Assembly: GCF_018350175.1 (NCBI RefSeq)
Contig: NC_058368.1
Coordinates: 170,626,001-170,690,000 of the forward strand
DNA: 64,000 nucleotides
Direction of reading: 5' to 3'
Origin: Felis catus
Taxonomy: Eukaryota
Under the pieces are notes generated by a model, which was not told where the DNA came from, made no database searches, and saw nothing but the letters and a program-made list of their open reading frames with translations. Shown piece after piece: positions 27,012 through 37,881 of the stretch (position 1 is the first letter of the stretch; each line of letters starts with the position of its first letter). Both the position numbers and the translations under genes were made by a program.

Positions 27012-27454
27012 AAAATGTGCATCAAATTTGTGGTAATTTCCCCAGCCTTCATCCCAATATTGGTTACTTGTGTCTCTTCTCTTTACATTGATCATCTGTC
27101 TAGAAGTTTATCAATTTCATTGGTCTTTTTAAAGAACTAAATCATTTATTTTTTGTTGTTTCTTATTTCCTGAGACAAATGCTAAAATCATTGCATTTCA
27201 AAGCCAGAAAATGTTAAGAAAGAGGAACAAGGCAAGAGAAGCCGGATTGTCTAGCTAAAGGAAAGAGTTCTGCAGTTCTTTGGATAGCTGGGAAATTTAT
27301 GATAATTTAGAAAACTGAGGACTCAGGCTGTCTTCTGAGAAGTGGAAATTGAAAATAGAAATAAGGCAGAGTACTAAGCTTTGTGACACTATACGATTTT
27401 TTTCCCCTGAAATAATTACATTTTAATTTATTTTCTTTTTTCTTGACTTTTACT

Positions 27455-27455
27455 T

Positions 27456-27502
<47 letters not shown>

Positions 27503-27675
27503 TTTTTGTTTAAATTCAGGTTAGTTAACATTGCTGATAGTAAACACTATCTTGGCTTCAGGAGTAGAACCCAGTGACCCTTTTGCACTGTTGGTAGTAA
27601 TGCAAACTGGTGCAGTCACTCTGGAAAACAGTATGGAGTTTCCTCAAAAAATTAAAAATAGAACTACCCTATGAC
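27455..27675. mobile_element. Short L1 with inversion (3' end on minus to 27576, ORF2 piece on plus 27577-27675)
   Basis: (TTTA)n tail and 3'UTR antisense directly abut sense gcaaactggtgcagtcactctggaaaacagtatgg. Confidence 0.75.
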
Positions 27676-27683
27676 ACTATATA

Positions 27684-27858
27684 ATTTTTTTTCAATATAT
27701 GAAGTTTGTTGTCAAATTGGTTTCCATACAACACCCAGTGCTCATCCCAAAAGGTGCCCTCCTCAATACCCATCACCCACCCTCCCCTCCCTCCCACCCC
27801 CCATCAACCCTCAGTTTGTTCTCAGTTTTTAAGAGTCTCTTATGCTTTGGCTCTCTTC
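27684..27858 (-). mobile_element. Young felid L1 3' stub
   Basis: gtcaaattggtttccatacaacacccagtgctcatccc; TSD cact(a/c)tataatttt. Confidence 0.88.
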
Positions 27859-27899
27859 CACTCTATAATTTTTAAAAACACATCTTTATATTAGTTTCT

Positions 27900-28200
27900 T
27901 TAAAAAGCTGGATAAAAATATAATGAATACTGTAATTCCATTTATATAAAACCCTAGAAAATGTTAACTTCTTTATAGTGCCAAAAAGCAGATCAGTGGT
28001 TGCTTAGGTCGGGGGTTGGTGAGGGGAGATAAAAGGAGAGATGACAAAGGAGCACAAGGATTGGAAGTGATGGATATGTTCACTATTTTTATTGTGGTGA
28101 TGATTTGGCAGGTATAGACATATGTCATTTAAAATGGTACATTTTAAATATTTACTGTTTATTTAATGTCAATTAAACTTCAATAAAACTGTTGAGAAAA
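27900..28200 (+). mobile_element. Old L1 3' end
   Basis: agcagatcagtggttgctt...gtgatggatatgttcactat...tcaataaaact. Confidence 0.7.
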
Positions 28201-30432
28201 CATACCATCATAGAAATAACAGAAACAAAGATATCACTACATTGTCATCTTCCTTGTCTGACAAGAAGTTTACTGTAATTCTTATCATATTTTTCTCTAT
28301 ATGCAATGTATCTTTTTCCTCATTACCTCCACATTTTCTCCTTGTCGTTTCCTTTGAGCAAATTAAAAATAATATGCATTGGTGGTATGTTAGTATGTAC
28401 ATATGCATATATAATACAAATACATATATATATATATAATATTTGATATATACTCTTCCTCTTCCCTAAGTTTCATGGATCTGTAGTTTGATGTATGTTA
28501 CTAATTTTGGAAAATTTATAGCTATTACTGCTTCATAATTTTTCCCCCTATTCTCTTTCTTTCTTCTCTTTCTAGTATTCTGTTTGGCATATGTTAGACT
28601 GTATAAAATTATCCCATCGGCCTTGGATGCTGTGTTCTGTGTTTCAACTTGGGTAAATTTTATTGACCTATTTATAAATTCACTGGTTCTTTCATTGATG
28701 TAGGTACTGATATGTGTGTTGAAGATATTCTTCATGTATATTACTATGCGGGGGGGAGGGTTGTTTCTTGAAATTCCATCTGATTTTTTTTTCTGAGATC
28801 CCATCTCTTTTCTGAAATTTCCTACTGATCTTGTAAGTTTTCACCTTTTGCATTAGAGTTTTTAACATGATAATCACAGTTATTTTTATGTCTTTGTTAG
28901 ATAACTCTAACATGCCCATAATATCTGAGTCTGGTTCAGTTTAGAGTTTTGTTTCTTAGCAGTATGTTTATTTCTTGATGTTTTGTTTGCCCCATAATTT
29001 TGTGTTGGAAGTCATGCATCTTGTTTTGGACAGTGGAAACAAAGGTAAATAGATTTTATGTCTATAAAAAGGTATGCCTTCCCTTCTGCTAGGTATTTAG
29101 TGTGGGAGTTTGAGTTAATCTAGTGAGGATTTGGGTTGGATTTGCACTTCATGCTCTGGTTATGCTCCTTGCACAGCATGCTTTATATTTCTTTACCAAT
29201 GTCTTTCATTTAGGATGGGGGCTGGTTTTCCTCAGCCTTTTTCTCTCTGTCTGCCCCACCCTTAGCTTTAGGTCTTCCAGTCATACTATGCCACAAAGGT
29301 CTGTGCCTGTGCTCTTGTAGTATTCCACTGTTACTTGTTACCTGATGCTTGTTAGCTTAGTGGTGGGGAGCAGACGGGACATTCTCTATTGTTCTCATTC
29401 AGCTTCAGTCTTAGGTAGGCCCTGTGCCCTTGGGTCTTAGAGATGTGACCTTAGAGCTCTAACCTTTTCACCATTTTAGTTCTGTGTTCAGGACATATTC
29501 CTGCCCCTCCCCTCAGGGAAGAGGGATTTTTTTTTTAGTTGCTTTCATTGTGGGTTTGTGCCAACGTGTAAAGGTGACAATGTTTGTTGCCTCCCCACTC
29601 CTGAAGGATGATGCTATTTTTTTTTCAATAGGGGAGATGAGGGAGAAGGTCATTGCTGGCTTTTACCCCCTCACAGTAGCTGCTGTTCTCTTCGTCTTAA
29701 GTCTGGACCACAAGGCGTGCTTTTTCAGGACTCTAACCCATTTTTTGGTGTGCCCAGTAGAGTCTGTGGAGGAAGGCCTGCAACAAGGTATGAGCTCCTC
29801 CTATATATGTCACTCCCCAGACTTTCACATTGTCTTGTAAGCCCACATTCAACATCCCCCAATTTGTTAACTCTTCATAAAGAATTTTTACTGTTATGTG
29901 GCCGTGTTTGCCACAGGTAAGCAACTGCCATCTTTCCTGCAGACAGCTGTCTCTCCTAAGATTTTAGACTACTTGGTTGTCCTGTGATCTCAGTTCTCTG
30001 AAGGGTCCAGGAAAATCTTGACCTTGCATTTTGGCTGTTTGTTGTATTATAAGGATTGGGGAAGTGTTCCTTGTGGCTTTCTGTATGCTAGGCAGACACC
30101 AGGAGTCTTTTGACTGTTCTTATTTAATCTTTGTATTGATTTCTCAGAATTCCTTGCATATTCCAGGTACATATTTTTGGTGAGATATTTGTATTGAGAA
30201 TGTTTGCTCCCAGTTTGTGGCTTGTGTTTGTATTTTCTTAATTTTTTCTCTTGACGTGCAGAAATTTTAAAATTTGATAAATTCCAATTTTTAATTTTTT
30301 TTATGTTTAGAGTTCACAGTGTCTTGTCTAGATATTTTTATCTATTATAAGTTTCTGAAGATATTCTTCAATATTTTCTTTTAGAAGTGCTACTATACTT
30401 TTTGCTTATATGCATAAGCTTATCCATCTTAA

Positions 30433-30647
30433 ATTTTTTTTTTTTTAGTGTTTATTTTTGAGAGAGAGAGAGAGACAGAGCGTGAGTGGGTGAGGGGCAG
30501 AGAGAGAGGGAGACACAGAATCTGAAGCAGGCTCCAGGCTCTGAGCTGTGAGCACAGAGCCTGATGTGGGGCTCAAACTCACGAACCATGAGATCATGAC
30601 CTGAACCAAAGTCAGACACTTAATGGACTGAGACACCCAGGTCCCCC
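30433..30647 (-). mobile_element. Can-SINE
   Basis: TSD ttat(c/t)catcttaaatt. Confidence 0.93.
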
Positions 30648-30999
30648 TTATTCATCTTAAATTAATTTTTGTTTGTGGTACAGGAAAAGATTGAGATTTG
30701 TTTTTCACATTTATCCAGTTGTTCTAGTACTGTTTACTGAAAAGACTTTCCTTTGCTCATTAAATAGCTTTGATACTTTTTACCAAAATTAATTGACCAC
30801 ATATATATACTTAACTCTTTTTTTCAGTTCCATTGAACTATTCTTTTTGTCCTTACACCAATACTGTACTGGTTTCATTTCTGTAAGATTTCATTGTAGA
30901 TTTATTGTAAGTTTTGAAATCAAAAGAGTGAGACCTCCTACTTTGTTCTTTTCAGAATTGTTTTTGTATACCAGGTATTTTGTATTTCTTTACACATTT

Positions 31000-31217
31000 T
31001 ATTTAAAAACATTTTTTAATGTTTATTTATATTTGAGAGAGAAAGAGATACAGTGCATGTTTGGGGGAAGGGCAGAGAGAGATGTAGACAGAATCTGAAG
31101 CAGGCTCCAGGTTTTGAGCTGTCAGCACAGAGCCGAGTGTAAGGCTTGAACCCACAAACCATGACATGACCTGAGCCGAAGTCCGACACTTAACCAACTG
31201 AGCCACCCAGGCACCCC
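31000..31217 (-). mobile_element. Can-SINE
   Basis: TSD tatttctttac(a/c)catttt. Confidence 0.92.
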
Positions 31218-31807
31218 TATTTCTTTACCCATTTTAAAATAGACTTTTCAATTTCTATAAACAAAGACTACTAGAATTAGCCTACATATCAATTAATAGA
31301 CTTTAGTCTACATATTAAATAATTGACATGTTAACAATATTGAATCTTTCGATTAATGAACATAGTATATCTTTCCACTTATTTGGATTTTATTTAATTT
31401 CTCGTAACAGTATTTGGTAGTTTATACTGTAGACGATTGTGTATTTTATGCTTTTTAAATTTAATTTAATTTAATTTAATTTAATTTAATTTTATTTTAT
31501 TTTATTCCATTTTCCATTTTCCATTTTCCAAATGTTTTCTGCTAGTATTTTAAAAAGACTATTGATTGTTTTATTTTGACCTCTTACCCTGTGACCTTTC
31601 CAAATTCACTTAATAATTTTAGTAGTATAAGTGAAATCGTAAGATTTTCTGTGTAAAAAAATCAGGTCATATATAAATGGCAACAGTTTAACTTTTTCCT
31701 TTTCAATATTTATGGACTTTTGATTTTGCCTAAGTTGAAGAATTGGCTAAATACAATTGTAATTGGCTTTAATAGATACAGTTTGTATACAATAAAATTC
31801 ATCAGTT

Positions 31808-32013
31808 TGGGGAGCACCTGGGTGGCTCAGTCGGCTAAGTGTCAGACTCAATTTCAGTTTAGGTCATGATCTCATGGTTCCTGAGATCAAGCCCCTCTGT
31901 CCTGACAGCACAGAGTCTGCTTGGGACTCTCTCTGTCTGCCCCTCTCTTGCAAAAGTGTGCACAGGAGCACATGCATGTACATTCTTTCTCTCTCTATAA
32001 ATAAATGTTTTTA
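31808..32013 (+). mobile_element. Can-SINE
   Basis: TSD aaaattcatca(g/a)ttt. Confidence 0.88.
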
Positions 32014-32274
32014 AAAATTCATCAATTTTTAAAGTGTAATTAAAATATTTTGACAAATGCATAAAATCATATAATTACCATCAAAATCATGACTTAAAAT
32101 TTTCTATCACTCCCAAATCCTCTCAAACCCATTTTTAGCCCATTCTCTACCCTATCTTGGCCTCTGAGAACCACTGATCTGTATTCTATCACTTAATTTT
32201 GCCTTTTTCTTAATATTATGTAGAAGGATTTATATGTAGTATTTTTATCATATTTTACCAATACATATTTTATT

Positions 32275-32481
32275 TTGTTAAACAAAATTTTAAGTTTATT
32301 TATTTATTTTGAAAGACAGAGGGAACGAGCAGGGGAGGGGCAGAAGGAGAGGAAGAGAGAGAATCCCAAGCATGCACTGTCACTGCAGAGCCTGATGTGG
32401 GGCTTGAACTCATAAACCATGAGATCATGACCTGAGCTGAAACCAAGAGTTGGACACTTAACTGAGCCACCCAGACGCCCC
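32275..32481 (-). mobile_element. Can-SINE
   Basis: TSD ttac(c/t)aatacatatttt. Confidence 0.92.
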
Positions 32482-33237
32482 TTACTAATACATATTTTAT
32501 AACTCACAGAATTCAATATTACAATTTTTGCTTTAAACCACTAGCTGTCTTTTAAATAAAAGAATAAGAACTAGAGCTTTTTTTATTTACACATATTTCT
32601 GCTATCTTCATTCGTTTCTGTATATCTGAGTTTTCATCTGGTTTATTTCCCTTCAGCCTAAAAATATTCCTTTAGTATGAATTTTGAATCTACAATTTTT
32701 TTTTCTTTAATAGTTAAATGTTTTCAAAGTTAAATAACTTTGGAGATACTATTCTATTGTTTTTGGCCTACATTATTTTTGATGAGGAGTCATCTGTCAT
32801 TTGTATTATTACTTCCCTATAATCTGTAATATACTTCTCTCCTTCTCTGTCTTCCTCCTCCCACCCCTCCAGCCCCCCTGCAGCAGAGGATGCTTTCAAA
32901 AAAAATTTTTTTTCAATCTATTGTTTTTAAGCATTTGACTTAGATGGGTCTAGATGTGGTTTTATTTCTACTTATTTTGTTTAGGTTTCTGAAATTCTTG
33001 AATCTATAAGCTGATGTTAACCTAAATTTGGGGAAACTTCAGCCATTTTTTCAAATAAGTTTTCTGCCCCAGTCCTTTCTCTTTATCTCCTGGAACCCCA
33101 GTGATATGTAAGGTATCTTGATATTGTCCTATAATTCACTGAGACTTGTCCCCCTACCCTTTTTCCTTTTAATTTTTTGTTTTCTTTCTTTGTTGTTATT
33201 GTTCTCTACACTAAATAATTTCTATAGCTCTGCTTTT

Positions 33238-33748
33238 ATTGGTTTGTTATTGCTGAAAAACAAATTACTCCAAAATTTAGTGACTTAAAACAGCAATATC
33301 ATATATCTCCCACAATTTGTATGAATTCAGAATTCTGAGTTATTTGAAATTCTGAATAGTTTTGTGGTTCAGCTCTGGTCTCTTATGAGATTTTAGTCAG
33401 ATGTTGGCTGGGGTTGTAGTCATTTGAAGGTTTGATTGGGGCTGGGGAATTTATTTCCATGATGGCTGACTGATGTGGTTGATAAGTTGGTTCCTCTCCA
33501 CATCACCATCTCCATGCAGCTTTTGAGAATCCTTATGCCATGGATGTTGGCTTCCCTCAGAATGACCAATCTAGGAGATCAAGGCAGAATCTGTAATGCT
33601 TTTATGACTGTAGAAGTCACACATCTTCACTTCTGCCGTATTTTATTTGTCACAAAGGTCAACCCAATTCATTGTGGTAGGTGAACTCAGAAAGGCATGA
33701 TTATCAGGAGATGATTAGTGGGGACTATCTTAGAAATTAGATGCCATA
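33238..33748 (-). mobile_element. MaLR (MLT1) LTR
   Basis: acaaattactccaaaatttagtgacttaaaaca ... gaagtcacacatcttcacttctgccgtatt. Confidence 0.75.
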
Positions 33749-36229
33749 TTCTGTCTTCAGGTTCACCCATTCTTTCCTCTCCAATCTTAACTCTTCTGTA
33801 GGTTCTTTAAGTGATTTTTTTTTCAAATTTCAGATAGTTTGCCCATTCAGTTCTTCAATTTCCAATGTTTTCTTTTAGATAGTTTCCATTTCTCTGATAG
33901 TATTACCCAGATGTACACTTGTGAATATCTTTTTAAAAATTATTTGAACATATTTATAATAGCTATTTTAAATCCTTTGACTATGAATATCAGTCTATCA
34001 ATCATCTTAGTGTTGGTTTCTGTTGATTGATTTTTTTCTTTTGACTGTGGTTCAAATTTTTCTACCACTTCACATATCTAGTATTTTAGTTTTAATTGTA
34101 TACTGGATTGTCAGTGATTCCTTGCAAAGATTCTGGATTCTGTTATCTTTCCTAAAGTTTTTTTTTCTTTCTTGTAACACACAATTAAACTTGGTGAAAC
34201 TCATACTCCAAACCATGTCTCTCCTGTGGTGAGGAACAGCTAAAATTTTTTCGCAACTTTCAACTTTCCAGTTATTGCTTTGTGCTTTCTGCTAAGTTCC
34301 TTGGAATTTCCCACACATATGCGTAGTTCAGAGATTAGCTTAGTATTTGAGCTCAGTTTATATGTAGATTTTTGGATTCCTTCACTGTGCTCCCTTCTTC
34401 CTGGAATTTCTTCTCAATTTCTAGCCTTTCTGCCAGCCCTGAATTCTGTATTCTGCTACATTAAGCTACTGAGAGTTGTGTTGCCTGTAGAGTCCTCAGG
34501 GAAAAGCTAAATAAATGTGTACCTAATTCAGAAAAGTTCCTTTCTTTTGTGGGTTGCATTATTTTCAGTTTTCTGATTTTGGTAGGTCTTTTGCACATTT
34601 AAATAACTCTTTTTATATTTAATCCAGAGATTATAATTGTTATATATAGAGGGTTAGTCATACCAGCTACTCTGCCATACCAGAATGGAACCTTAGCCAT
34701 GTGTGTATGAGTGAGATAAAAAATAGGTAATTGGAAGCTTTGGGTCCCTGAGCCTGTTGAATGATAGGCTTCACTGTAAGGTGTTGAGAAAAATCAGGAT
34801 GTTTTGTTGTGGGGGAGTATCTTAATTGTCAGTATCCTTACGTCCCTCTCTCCTGGGATTGTTTAGTTTTCTCAGTGAGGAATCCTTTAATTTCTTGTGT
34901 GGCTGGGAATATGATAGACCTATGCCTATTTGTCAGTATTTTGGGAGTCTGGTGGACCTGGAAATCTCACATTTTATTATGTAGAGTTTCATGAATCCCT
35001 CTGTTTGTGGGTGAGCTGTACAGTGTGAGCTGTACCTTGTGATGTAAGACATATTTCATTGTTTATTCAACATTCCCAAAGATTAAATCTCTTCCCTTTT
35101 CCAAGGGTTTGGAAAAGAAAGTGTGTTTTTTGGCAGTGAATGGTAGAAGAAGAAATATAGGGGCCTAAGAACTTCTTATGAAAGTGTTCAACTAATGTCT
35201 TATTCTCTGCCCCAACTTTAGAAAGATCTGGTAGTCAATTCCTAAGCATTTCTGGAATTCTGTGGTAAGAATTAGATTTCTTCTTATTGGCTTCTCCCAT
35301 TACAAATCTGGGTTTTGAGTATACCCAGTCTTCTAAGTCAGTTACTATTTTTCCATCTGTTCTTAGATTCTGAGATTTAGTTGATACTATTTCTCCCTTT
35401 CTTTTTATGGACATATGCCTTTGTTCTTTTTCTGGTCATCTTAGATGATATTTAAGATAAATCATATGGTTCAGTCCTTTTCCACATTTTTTAAAATAAT
35501 ACTTATTTTCATCTTATGTTTTTAAATAAACATAAACTGATTCGTTAAACCAGATACCCTCTATTGAAACATCAGTTGATAGTACTTTTACAAAAGTCAG
35601 TTTTGAAAAGCATAGGTATCAAATGACTAAACCGGTGTTGAATGTAAATATCAACTCTACAATGTCCTCTGTGCCATGAAATGATGTTTCTGTAGCTATT
35701 GTTCCCCAAAATAGCAAGAGTAAAAAGACTTATCATCTCCTGCAATGTAATGTGCTTGCTTTGGACTTATGTTGTAAAAGAATTGCTCACAACAGACAAG
35801 TATGTGCATGTAGTGCTGCAACTTTAGAACTTGCCTCAGAGAAGTGTGAATAAAAATGGCCTAGCAACCACTTTATGCTCTTCCTCCACCAGACAGTGCA
35901 AGCCAAGGGACACTTACTTCATGAGAACTAGAATTTACTTGCTTTGCGTATGAACTTGATTTTATAACATGGAGATTATGGAGTTCATTCTCTGAAAAAT
36001 AATGTCACATGAGCATTTTCAGTCTGAAAATGACACTGAATTTGTATGAATGTACATATACTTACTATTTTTAGTCCATTTGTAAATTGAGCATATGTTC
36101 ATCTTCATAAAATTACCTGTGAGGAATAGTTTTTATATTTATTTTTTCATTTCCAATCAACTAAGGATCATATTCCTATCACTACTTGGTGATTTTTTTG
36201 TAGTTCACTAATATAGCATGAAAGGTTTT

Positions 36230-36715
36230 AAGAACCAGAAATAAATCAATAAATTATAGGAGAATATGGACTGTGTTTACCGTGTTATCAGGGATGGGAA
36301 CACATGAGAAGAGTTTAGTGCATGTTGGAGGAAAGTAAAAAATAATAATAATACTGAAAGTAACACCTGTGAAGGAAAGGTTAAAGAAAGGGCCTCATAG
36401 TTATTTAGTCAGAAATAGGTGTGATGTAATAACTTTATAAAGATATATTACAGAATATGACTGATTGTTGTTTATCTTTGCTGAAATCTGGAAAGAAAAA
36501 TTTCAAGGGTAGAAATATAAATGATATACATTTAACCAGTATTTGGAAGACTAGCCTGAAGGCTGGCAGACAGCCAGTGGAATGCCTGTGATGGGGCACA
36601 TCTCTTGGGAGGAGGAAAGTGCTTTAAATGTAGCAATCTTCTCTGTCATGAATGGGAACAGGTCCTGCCTTAAGGCTTGCAGAGGGCCCTTCCAGACCTG
36701 TAATTCTCTGGATCA
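36230..36715 (+). mobile_element. CR1/L3 LINE 3' remnant adjacent to the promoter
   Basis: gaaggaaaggttaaagaaa and 3' motif cccttccagacctgtaattctct resemble the L3 end. Confidence 0.45.
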
Positions 36716-37055
36716 TTTCTGTTCTAGCTTCAGGGTTGGGAGTGAACTAGAAAAGGCAAACACCTGCCCTTTCAGGAGCTCCAGCAGTGCTAAAGGAGGC
36801 AGTGCCAGTGGCAGCACCCTAGCATCTCATCCAACTGAAGACTCACTCAAAGGTGAGTCAGGTCACTGTGGACCCAGGTGCTTCCTTATCCTCCAGCTTT
36901 CCCTGGGGCCGGGCACAGGAGCCTTGGGAGATCGGCGACCACAGGGCACCCTCCCCAGCCGCCAGTATAAGCTTTGACAGAGGGACGCACAAGGGATGGC
37001 TGGTTAGCTGGTGCTAGGTGGGAGGGACTCGCCACCTGGACGTGCTCAGGGAGGG

Positions 37056-37079
37056 ATGAGTGGCGCCAACAACAGTCAG
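37056..37079 (+). CDS. CAMK4: Putative alternative upstream coding exon of CAMK4 (beta-type isoform), MSGANNSQ
   Basis: gggATG AGT GGC GCC AAC AAC AGT CAG|GTCGCT. The phase-0 donor is in frame with the acceptor at 37641-37642. The peptide resembles the rodent CaMKIV-beta start as I recall it (MSCAGNDQ). Confidence 0.7.
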
Positions 37080-37642
37080 GTCGCTTTCTCACCCTTCTGC
37101 TAGGTGGTCCAGACCCCTGTGCTCCCAGAGAGCGCTAGGCGCCCGCCACTCCTGGAGCGAGCGTCCCACTGCGAGCGGTCCTTTCCAGGCTCCCGGCTCC
37201 CGGCTCCCGCGGGAGGGCGCGTGGGATGATGCTCTGGTCCTCGTGCTTTCCCCAAGCTCCCGCATCCGGAGCCGCCCTTGCCGGCACCGCCGCAGCCACA
37301 GCCTGGGAGGGAGAAAGGAAAAAAGGGAGGGGGCTGGAAAGGCTCGGCGGAGGGAGGAGGGGACGTGGGGAGGGAGGGAGAGAAGGGGGAGGGAATCTCT
37401 CTCCTTTGCAGTGCCTCCGCCTCTCCTCTCCGGCTGACAGCGACCGGGTTCTCCCTCCACACCCTCTCCCGGTTCCTCGCCCCCTTCTCCACCCACCCTC
37501 CATCCCTCCCTCCCTCCCGAGCGTGCAGGAGGAAAGCCGCAGCCTGCGCGCGGCCCAGGGCGCCGGGGGAGGCGGCGGCAGCGGCGGCGGTGGGTGTGTG
37601 CGTGTGTGTGAAGGACGCCACCTCTTGCTCCTGCGTTCGCAG

Positions 37643-37720
37643 GCGGCGGCGGGCGGCGGGGCTTCTCGCTCCGGCAGCGGCGGCGACAGTGGTGGCGGCT
37701 TCCGGAGTCCCGCCGCGAAG
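37643..37720 (+). CDS. CAMK4: In-frame N-terminal extension AAAGGGASRSGSGGDSGGGFRSPAAK (coding in the beta-type form, 5'UTR in the canonical form)
   Basis: Acceptor cctcttgctcctgcgttcgcag|GCG, then 78 nt (26 codons) with no stop up to ATG 37721. Confidence 0.65.
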
Positions 37721-37881
37721 ATGCTCAAAGTCACGGTGCCCTCGTGCTCCTCCTCGTCCTGCTCTTCGGTCACCGCCAGTGTGGCCCCAGGAGCCGGGAG
37801 CCTCGTCCCGGATTACTGGATCGAAGGTTCCAACAGGGATGCGTTGAGCGATTTCTTCGAGGTGGAGTCGGAGCTGGGACG
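37721..37881 (+). CDS. CAMK4: CAMK4 (calcium/calmodulin-dependent protein kinase IV), canonical first coding exon, 161 nt, ends in phase 2
   Basis: Translates to MLKVTVPSCSSSSCSSVTASVAPGAGSLVPDYWIEGSNRDALSDFFEVESELGR, the recognisable CaMKIV N-terminus up to the kinase Gly-loop. Start context is gcgaagATGc; donor CG|GTAAGG at 37882. No further kinase exon was recognised in the window. Confidence 0.97.

Larger units (their letters stand above)
25500..27170 (-). mobile_element. Ancient L1 fragments
   Basis: ataaatggaatcatgcaatat, ccagtgaacccatctgggtct and similar L1 antisense motifs. Confidence 0.6.
28205..35450 (-). mobile_element. Mosaic of ancient L1 fragments (ORF1/5' regions, ORF2) with later insertions
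   Basis: ORF1-like remnants (MLELSNKDIKITVIIMLK; NFPKL...KLQIHE) and T-rich antisense L1 motifs. Confidence 0.55.

Noticed and set aside
36014..36032. cattttcag-t-ctgaaaatg palindrome
   Set aside because: Nine-bp AT-rich arms are plausible by chance in 64 kb.
37226..37720. Unspliced 165-codon in-frame extension upstream of the CAMK4 ATG
   Set aside because: Most of it translates promoter G/C tracts inside the predicted intron. Only 37643-37720 has independent support, through the acceptor and the beta-isoform similarity.
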